64,000 nucleotides of DNA from Balanoglossus misakiensis (taxonomy: Eukaryota > Animalia > Hemichordata): positions 13,957,903 to 14,021,902 of the forward strand of contig CM082577.2 in assembly GCA_040954595.2 (NCBI GenBank). Direction: 5' to 3'. Below are positions 50,901-58,400 of this stretch, piece by piece. The notes beneath the pieces were generated by a model. It saw only the letters and a list, made by a program, of their open reading frames with translations, had not been told where the DNA came from and did not search any database. A program made the translations under genes and the position numbers. Each line of letters opens with the position of its first letter. Position 1 is the stretch's first letter.

Positions 50901-52557
50901 ACATCTTTCCATTGTCTCATTCATTCCACCTGTTTCCACCTGGGCTCGCACGGTCGACCCGTCCCCCAGGACCCCCCTCCCCCCCAAGCCGCATCATGTT
51001 ATGATCCCTTGGGTGACATCTTTCCATTGTCTCATTCGTTCCACGCTCCCACCTGGGCTCGCACGGTCGACCCGTCCCCCAGGATCCCACTCCCAGCATT
51101 TCCAACATCTCACCCCATTTCCTCTTTTCCACTTCCCTTTATTTTGGGGGTCAACTTCAGTCATTCTTCCTTCGTTTTGGGCCTTGGATTTCATCCTGAC
51201 CCCCATCTCTCGGGAAGTGCACAACCTCCCTCACATTTCGGCCTGTCAGGATGGATCCACCCACAGGGCCAGGTTCGACCGCTTGACTGAAGGGGCCCCC
51301 TCCCAATTTTAGATTAGCGTTTTTTATTTGAATAGCTAGACTAGTGTATTTTAGTTTTATTGTTCATTTATTGACACTTGTGTTTTTCTCTGTAATTTAT
51401 TAAGTTTTGTTAAGCGAGTTTCTTGTTCGGGTATTAAAAGCCTTACTTCTATCTCAATCCAGCGTGGTGTGTTTCACAAAGTAAAATCTGTGTTGTGTCA
51501 CAGATGTTTTTTGTGAACACACCGAGGTGGTCTTCACTAGCCCCACCTCCATTTCCTCGACCAATCAGCGCCGCTGGTGCTGACCTTTACTGCTTCGTTT
51601 CTGACCAATCAGCTTGGCCTGTGCACACGGCCCTTAGCGTCAGACTGGCCGTCCTTTGTTTCCCCATTCATTCATTCATTCATTCAGTTCTCTGCTTGAG
51701 CCAGGTCACGTCGTCTTTCCCACCTCCACCCCGTTCTTCCACATTTATACAAATTATAGGTGAACAGAACACCATTTTCGTAAGGGTATTTTGACTTATG
51801 ACGTCACTATGATGTCATGATTTGTCATATCACTTTAATTTTGTAATTAATGGAAAGCTTGTTTATTAAGCTTTCTTTTGATACCAAACACTTCCCTGTT
51901 GTTCTAGGTATACATTCAGAGAGACAGTATTTTACAAGACTAATTTACCCCCCTACGTCAATTTATATGCACTTTTAGGCTTTTCTACATACGTTACCCA
52001 ATATAATTTAGAAGCCAATAACTCGAAAACGCCCCGGTGCCCAGATGGCAAACAAAGTGAATTTTACTCAGTATATGATAGGCTTTCAGAAAAACATTGT
52101 CTCAAAAATTCCCCCGGGGGGGGGAGGTAAACCCCTACTGGCTCATGGTCTAACATGAAGGTTATATGCCGCCAGTCGTAGGCACTGGGCGCTTTGGCGC
52201 GAAACGACCATTCCCCGTCGTCTGCCGACAAAAGTGTGAATTCAACAAAAACGCCGTCATACTCGAACCGGAAACCTCTTGACGTGGACGGGTTATCGTA
52301 ATTAGATATGATCACACAATCAGTCTTTGAATGTCGCTGGAACCAAAACGACAGTGTAAAGCCTGTCGGACAGCGTAGGGTGCTTCCGATACAAGCCGTG
52401 TTGTCGAAGTCTGCGGAGAGCCACGCCCCAGTTGCATCCAGAAGTCCCCCTTGCGATTTGCGAGCTGCAGCCAGCTGAACATATCCATGCATCTCCATTG
52501 CAGCGTCACCAACCATGTAGCCGCCAGAAATCTCATCCATTGGCAAATGGAGACGTT
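22105..52557 (-). CDS. Polycystin-1 family gene (PKD1-like / PKD1L2-like / REJ receptor), 24 traced exons, about 3,275 aa; this allele is disrupted by a transposon in the first traced exon
   Basis: Exons in transcript order: 52557-44838 (minus the TE), 44167-43457, 42933-39861, 39026-38851, 38280-38110, 37427-37144, 37043-36882, 36419-36360, 35492-35364, 34867-34777, 34311-34118, 33139-32894, 32057-31577, 30842-30730, 29786-29559, 29060-28890, 28588-28428, 27705-26991, 26588-26447, 26039-25813, 24779-24608, 24366-23668, 23219-22659, 22334-22105. All GT-AG with compatible phases. The signal-peptide/start exon was not located. Confidence 0.92.
22659..23219 (-). CDS. Polycystin cation-channel TM exon
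   Basis: KFVNFQHLAYWD...KFLKLLRFNKRM...LMNMFLTILN, typical of PKD channel S4-S6. Confidence 0.9.
23668..24366 (-). CDS. Polycystin TOP domain / channel exon
   Basis: YGGGGYVATLG...WYDKYTRAIFVELTVYNANVNLF...YFKSFWNCLE. Confidence 0.9.
26761..26912. repeat. Compound microsatellite (CAT)n-(CAC)n-(GAT)n, intronic
   Basis: Directly visible; about 28 CAT, 6 CAC, 11 GAT. Confidence 0.97.
26991..27705 (-). CDS. Polycystin exon: end of PLAT and TM2-TM5
   Basis: FICDKWLAVEYDDG...HLWFSVLSRPSKSHFTRVQRLTCC...LPHWCLYIGW...QWLIS. Confidence 0.92.
28428..29060 (-). CDS. Polycystin PLAT/LH2 domain (two exons: 29060-28890, 28588-28428)
   Basis: YEIAVYTGMRRGAGTKSKV; LGPLAYLRIWHDDSG...SWYLSRI. Confidence 0.9.
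29559..30842 (-). CDS. GPS motif and TM1 (two exons: 30842-30730, 29786-29559)
   Basis: CLFWHESDEKWINDGCR|VG...THCLCSHL/TSFAADFFVPPN, with an intact HL/T autoproteolysis site. Confidence 0.9.
30986..31211. mobile_element. TTAA-flanked MITE (Kolobok-like), intronic
   Basis: TTAA-AAGGAAGCCGTCATCGC ... GCGACGACCGCTTCCCT-TTAA. Confidence 0.6.
33572..33919. mobile_element. TTAA-flanked palindromic MITE, intronic
   Basis: TTAA-AGGGA...CTCGCTGCCCTTTTTCCCATTAATTATGTTTGATACAAGAC is mirrored by GTCTTGTATCAAACATAATTAATGGAAAAAGGGCAGCGAG...TCCCT-TTAA; arms of about 130 bp. Confidence 0.8.
39861..42933 (-). CDS. Polycystin giant exon (3,073 nt): WSC domain, tandem PKD repeats, start of the REJ module
   Basis: YIGCY...CRHSC...GSQCFCGN...CNIQC...FCGG (WSC). 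Repeated DFGD/WYFGDG/WQFGDG/WDFNDG (PKD). REJ: PCNAPSV...LQFVWFCRR...GGCF. Confidence 0.93.
43457..44167 (-). CDS. Polycystin exon: concanavalin A/LamG-like domain 2
   Basis: AVHLDGNGQ...CDSGLTVSTWM...WSHVTFTWS..GIHVYIDG...FLLDDLKFWD. Confidence 0.85.
44497..44802. repeat. (CACAA)n pentanucleotide microsatellite, intronic
   Basis: Directly visible. Confidence 0.97.
44838..45065 (-). CDS. 3' half of the LamG-like domain 1 exon (downstream of the TE insertion)
   Basis: MWDTVNVIVYVNG...LIIGRD...FLIDDIKF; donor G|GTGAGA. Confidence 0.85.
45740..48240. repeat. About 170-bp subterminal repeats (copy 2)
   Basis: Unit starts near 45771, 45941, 46110, 46279, 46447, 46620, 46790 and onward; inverted units at 47760-48240. 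Confidence 0.85.
48516..48751 (+). promoter_or_regulatory. Direct repeat A1 with two CCAAT boxes; likely promoter of the gag transcript
   Basis: CCCAATCAGC and ACCAATCAGC plus (CATT)n, 70 nt upstream of the gag ATG; repeated at 51480-51718. Confidence 0.5.
48824..50074 (+). CDS. Gag-like protein (416 aa), identical translation to copy 1
   Basis: As for 7366-8616. Confidence 0.85.
   Translation: MPARRRSRVPTAQPYVRPTTRAQSRSSATPDAVSASPSTTDLNRLVTENCATSVQGYNNEVPADRRSSPEFSDVPQGSRQEQQNNYVTTSMFTSLQDSVNNLTRLVLEQQNPGFSNNAPMTSSPVTSHPPMEQNVHTNAFQDGGRGSATNNNNHSGATNDLLRSRGISSENLPHVELVSPSLRRDILAGKDVNLACLLIPGYSFNDSQRHIVIGDEALSLRPLHDTRVHRSLTIQEFILAFSVYKNVMCEAYPNRREELDSYQRDLVDMSRRFSGLAFYEYHRAFSARAAALLQNHNIKVDWSRRDTTLYCSIFSGMRAVLCNLCGSVAHATEICPQLAPGSRKSVNSISAPPQPPSQDRQGRPRVFHQDKELCNNFNSPTGCKKDNCSFAHCCSICFSGDHSKAQGNCSGKQRPT
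50068..50350 (+). pseudogene. Duplicated tyrosine recombinase C-terminal remnant
   Basis: HLIQYLGRWSSDCY at 50068 and 50217. Confidence 0.75.
50388..51081. repeat. 113-bp tandem array (copy 2)
   Basis: CCACCTGGGCTCG starts at 50388, 50501, 50614, 50709, 50822, 50936, 51049. Confidence 0.95.
52153..52557 (-). CDS. 5' half of the LamG-like domain 1 exon (upstream of the TE insertion)
   Basis: Acceptor ttttcatttcag|; ERLHLPMDE...CPTGFTLSFWF...DWRHITFM. Confidence 0.85.
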
Positions 52558-53785
52558 CTGAAATGAAAATTATACAGGTATATATGAGCATCTAATCGAC
52601 GCCCCATTGTGGCTGCATGTTGCAATTTGAACAAGTGTTATATTAAACGGGTACCCAACCGATAAACTGATACAAACACAGGTAGATCAATGGGGATGAT
52701 TGTGAAAGACAAGGAGCCGTTTAATCAGCTTTCATAGCAAGAGTACAAAACTATCATTGTATGTGTCGCCAAGAGATGGCAAACTGATGTAAACACAGAT
52801 AATATGGCTCAATGGGGATGATTGTGAAAGATGCGGAGACGATTTATGTGTTTTATTGTGGAAAAAAAACGCATGTGAAATTCAGCAGCTCATGGGGATA
52901 TCATTCATGACAAACGAGAAAAGACGCCGTTACAGTAAAGTTGTTCATCGAGCTAGACTGTAAATTAACCACGACAACTTATTTGAGGTCTGGAAGTCTT
53001 TAGAAAGTTATTTGCGAAAACTTGCCAGAATTTCTTTTCACGCCTCGCCATTCTTGAATCTATACAAGGCGGTCAATACACAAAATGGAAATAACTCACT
53101 CGTTCGTACACTTGTATGACCATAAATTTATGTTAGTAAAGGAGTGTAAATAATGCGAAAAGTGGCAGCGCGTGGGACTAGTAACACTGCTGTGAATGTA
53201 TTCCATAACATACACTGTATCTATGGCATGTGTGCGTGTGAGACATTTGTCAGTATAGGGCGCATCTCAAGAGATTGTGACATGTCTTTGAGGTAATATG
53301 TACAAGCAAGCTGCACATGCCCGTACAGCTCTTGTAGCTTTGTGGATACAATTCGAAACAGCATACTTAATTCGTATGAATGTCACGTCAAGTACAAAAG
53401 AACAACATTCCAAGCGATCGAAACACAAGGTATCCTCTGCCCGTATGCTGGTATACGCAGCAAAGAAGGGTGAACAGAAAAGGACGTTTATCATTGAAAA
53501 GTTAGGATGCATAAAACGGATTGCACACAAGAGTAACTCATTGACTTCATAGCTTCGCACCATGGTTTGTCGTTGCAGAAGTGGTTTGGAAAGAGAGCAG
53601 TGGTCAATCAGGGATGTTTGTCATTGTTTGAACACCATACAGTACAATGCAACTTTGACTTTCAAACTATTTACCCGATTACCGGCATTGCATAATGTAC
53701 CCAAGGTTAGGCTACAGTGAGAAGCGCCATCAACATTGTTTTCTGAGTTACCGCTGTCATTCGTTTTGTATTGACCATAAATTAT

Positions 53786-54550
53786 ACAGCCAGTTCAGTT
53801 CTTACGGCCAGGGGGAGGGGGGGGGGGGGGGCGGCAAAATCCAGGAGGGGTTACTTAAATTTTGAAGTCCAAAGGGGCGGGGTCATCTGTTTTTTTTTAA
53901 ACGTTTAGGGGGGGGGGGTGTCACATACTTTTGCCACCGAACTTTTGCTTTTCAGTCCACAAAATTGCAGTTTCGCGCCCTTTATTTTACAAAATTTTCT
54001 ATTGTGGGATGGGGACACCCCCTCCCACACCCACCCCTTCATTCTCCGCCACATTTCATTTTTTGGCAAAAAGTAAAATTGGTCCTCCCAAACATTGAGA
54101 AAATTTGCTTTCGAGTTATTAAAAATGCAACTTTGAGCTACATATTTTACAAAAATTTCTTATGTGGGAGGGGGACACCCCCTCCCACGCCCATCCCCGC
54201 CACTTTTCTTGTTTTACCAGTTCTAGCAACTATTGTATTGACTTGTCATTTTATTTTGTTCGTAGATTTCTTTATTGCAATGATGATATATATACCGGTA
54301 CTTCAATTACTTTAAGAAATTTATAATTGAGGTGTGAGCATCATTCCCTTTATTGCATACGGTGTACATAGGATCAGGACGGCGAATGTTTTCAGCGGGG
54401 GGGGGGGTCATCATATTTTTGCGTCTGTCAAAGGGGTGTCGTCATTTTTTGGTGCTGGGTGAAAGGGGGGGGGGGGTCGGCCTGATTTTGAAAACCGATG
54501 ACACAAACTTGCCGCCCCCCCCCCTCAGCCGTAAAAACTGAACGGTCCCT
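53786..54550. mobile_element. MITE with G/C-rich TIRs (Harbinger-like)
   Basis: GTTCAGTTCTTACGGCCAGGGGG ... CCCCCTCAGCCGTAAAAACTGAACGGTCCCT; left end degenerate; internal duplicated GGGGACACCCCCTCCCAC. Confidence 0.55.
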
Positions 54551-55433
54551 AATACAAATATTATGGAAACTTGTCCTGGGTGACATTCAAAATATTTACC
54601 GGAATGCTATAGCCTAATCTATGGTTCGGGTTGATGCTATTATTTTTTATTTTTTAATCAAAAATCGATTTTGTTGTATATCATTGTCATTATCAAAACT
54701 AAAAAGTGTCAGAAATAAAAGTTCCGTCTTGATGATCGAAAGTCACGCCGATGAATGTTAACACGAGTGCACAGTGACAAGACAAATATCGTGCATTGCA
54801 GTGAATACAGTTCCCATTGGGTAGTTAAAAAATAAAACATCCGTAAATTCGTGATGACCTGTATTTTTATTAATTATTTATTTGGTATAAGCTCCGTATG
54901 CAAGTTAAGAGGCCGGTTTTAGCTCTATTGAGTATTTAGCTTCGCTGTATTGGGCTCTCGTCCAATCAGAATGGCGGATGGTAGCATGAGCCAATATTTC
55001 GAGTATATGGCTGTAGTGTGTATTACAATAGGCCTATCTTAGATAGGTCGGAATGGAGAGGTCATTCCTTTTATTTTAGGACGCATCAGCTGCTTGTCTT
55101 TTCTATTATATTGGACAAATTCGGATTGTTTTATCACTTCAAAAATTGAAGACGCCGAACTATAGTTTCCCTGTGCCTATTTGGATTTGCCCTACGCTTT
55201 TGTAGTCTAATGCAATAACAAGATAACTGTAGTTACAAAATCACGCTTCCAAAAAAAACACCGTGAGAGAATTCATCACCTGCATTTCAGTTTGTCTGCA
55301 TTCATTGACCTGAGACTCTTTCTCTCTGCATGCACACAGACGTTGCACTGCATTCTTTGACTAATTAGTGTGACGTAATGCTAAAAGCAAGATTCTGATT
55401 GGGTAGTAACTGATATGCATATTTCACTCACAG

Positions 55434-58400
55434 ATGGTGCCTCGTTCTCGTACCGGAACCGTTGCTTGTATTTGAAATCATTTGGACTTCGACGGTCTTC
55501 AAGCATGGAGGTCCCGGTCGCCTCCATGCTTGAATGTCGGATGTCTGGTAAGCATGACATTTAATTTAACTTAACTTAACTAGTACACTCTATCTAGCAA
55601 GAAGGGTAGTGGTACGGCGAGAATGTCCTCCCACCATGAAAATTCTGAATGTGGAAGGCGTCACAGCAAAATGTACATCGTTTGCGGTCTCAGTCGGCTT
55701 TGCTGTGGCGGTGGTATCGTAACACACTACGTACGGTATACGTTTTGAGGCGGGCGATTTTAAGGGAAAGCGTTAGTGAAGAAACTGACCAATTGCGACT
55801 ATTTGATAGTGGATTTTATCGCATTTATCATAATTTTTTTGCTGTTTGGAGATTTTTTGGCATCATTATAACTGTTATGAGCTACCAGTGTTAGCTAAGT
55901 CCCGATGTTGGCAGCGGCACAAAGAGAATTAGTTCGAACCATAGACGGCTCTCCCTCCGAGTTTTATGTTTGTTTGTTGTTATTGATTGGCATAATGAAC
56001 AAAAAAAATGTTTGCTTGTTTAATTATTTTTAAATATGGTCACGTTTGTTGGCATGTTAGGTATATTCAACTGTTAGGGTTGGGATTTATTCGCATCACT
56101 CCCTGTGTTCGAACTAATTGCATATCCTTCATATTTTGACTAATTAGTGGAATGATAATTGATATGCTGAATTTGTTTTATGGTTACTAACTTCTATGCA
56201 TTTTTAATTCACAGAATGATCCATTACAACTCGGGATTCTCTTCCTCGTCCGGGGCAAGTTTAAGACCGCTCAATGGTAAGCATATTTGTTTTTATCGGG
56301 CATAACGAAATTGTTTGAACATAGGAAGCAATGTATGCCTACAAGCTAATTTACATAATCCAGATATCAACTTCTGTTTTTTTCGTTCAAATTCTGTGTG
56401 CTCTGACCTCGATTGCCAGTAATATAATCACGACGACATGAATTAAATAGACAAGCAAGTTAAAATCTTCACATGAAGCATAAATTCAATTTGGATGTTC
56501 ATGTATTTCTTTGGCTGAAAGTGTGATTATCCAACACCATGCTTAATCATGTTTTGTAAAGGTTAGTTGCATGAAATTAGTGTGATAGCCAGCATTCGAT
56601 GTGATGGCCAACAGTAGTTCCAAATACGCTATTCAGTGTTCACATGTGTAGATAAAATTGTCGATCACTAATACACATTTTGAGAACGTACTTTTAAGGC
56701 GAATCTTAAAGTAAAACAAGGACACTTGAAACACCTGTTTAGTCAAACAAAAAGATATTGATTTTTCTATTGACAGAACAAAGAAAATGTACATGTTAAC
56801 TTTCAACAGAGACTGGCTACATCAGTTAATCATTTGCTAGTTTCCTCCAAAATGTGACATTTGCAGTACATGAATACTTTGATTTCTATGGCTTTAAAAT
56901 TTTAATTTTGAAATTTTCACTCTTATTCCTCAACATACTTTTCCGGATAAAAATAAATAAATTTGTATGTACTTCATATTTTTGTTAGTATGCAAAACAA
57001 AAAAAAAGTTATTAAAATGTCAACCTACAATGATACAAATCATGGAGAATTGTTGTTAAAATATTGTACTGTGTGTTGTTTAGAGTAAAATAAAACAATA
57101 CTTTCAGGCCAGAAAGAAAAAAATCATGGCATAAACAGGCTGCAGTTTTTGCAGAAATTTCTCTGTTTATGTCAAGGTTAGTACATGTACAGTACATGTG
57201 CATCATTTGATAGCCAGCATTCGATGTGATGGCCAACAGTTAGTTGCAAAAACCTATTCAGTGTCTGTCCAATAACGGGTGCAGCAGATTGAATGAAAAT
57301 TGCATTGAAAAGATGTAGACTGATGTCAAAGTGGTTGCATTGATATTAAAGTTTGATCTGAATAGTCAGTTATATTGCAGTGAGTTCAATATGAAGTTTG
57401 TTGTGTTCAATGTAGCCTTGCTCCAAGTCTGTAGGCTTCATTATTTAAAAAAAAAATACATTTCAGAAAATTGTGTACTGAGTCTCTCTATGGAGCTTGT
57501 GGGGAGGATAGCGTTGGCTCATGGTAACCAAAGCCAGAAGTCCATTCCAAAAGTCCATTCCAAATTTGAAACTCAGCTCAGTACCAGAAACTCGCTCAAA
57601 GCTAGCAAAATACACGAAAAGTATTAAGAATCTTTACAAAGACAAAAATCACCAAGCGACTGGTGGGCTAGTCTATGTTCTCAATGTGTCTTCCCCGGTA
57701 ACATCACAACCCTTCGAAATGTTTTGGTAAACTGATATTCAAAGTTGAAATTTTAAGGCTTGTTTTACTAAGATACATGTTTAATAATTCATATCAATGT
57801 CCATTGTTGTGCTAATCAGTTGTATGAGGTCAGTTGGATCAGATGCAAGTTTCATTTTCAAAATAGCTATAAAGTAAGCCTTGTACAGTATTATCTTGAT
57901 GTCACAGATATAGTGTCAGTTTCACTGGTCACCTGATTGCCATGTTGGGGTATACCCATGTGGAGCATTTTTACTGCAGTACCGATGTAAATGCAGTTTC
58001 AAAATCGCTGTTTCAAAGAACGCTGACACAGAATTCTACGATTAGTATTCTACTGTTGTGCATTATCACAGCACAGTCAGACCCTACAGTCATTATACCA
58101 CATCCTGCATATTTTCACTAAGTGGTTTTGCATAATTCTAAAGCAAGGTTATGATTGGTTACTAATTAATATGCATATATTTAATTCACAGTCTTAAACG
58201 CAGCATTTCAACGTATGCCGGAGGAGGGAGAGAATACCCTGGCCCGATCAAGACCGCTTTCCGGTAAGCCCAACTTGCTGTATACATGCTTCATAGCTTG
58301 TTTATAAATGCTACCTTTTCCCATCAAATAGTGAATTCACCCTTTCTAAATTATGGGGGCGTCAATCAACAATTGGTTATCATGAACAGTTGATTACACC

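Larger units (their letters stand above)
48516..51739 (+). mobile_element. Gag-only Ngaro/DIRS-like element (copy 2)
   Basis: A1 48516-48751, gag, YR remnant x2, tandem array, AT-rich segment, A2 51480-51718, 21-nt tail. Flanking duplication CACATTT(A) at 48509 and 51740. Confidence 0.8.
45066..52152. mobile_element. Academ-like foldback DNA transposon (copy 2, inverted relative to copy 1), inserted in a coding exon
   Basis: Same termini and 7,087-bp length as copy 1; 3-bp TSD ACA (45063-45065 / 52153-52155). Paired ORF coordinates sum to 57440 with copy 1 and the translations match. Confidence 0.9.

Noticed and set aside
52665-52835. Short diverged tandem duplications (also 17197-17320, 28170-28260, 30040-30290)
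   Set aside because: Ordinary two-copy local duplications with no further structure.
53100-53563. Signal-peptide first exon of the polycystin gene
   Set aside because: The candidate donors checked are not phase 1 or have in-frame stops; none could be supported.
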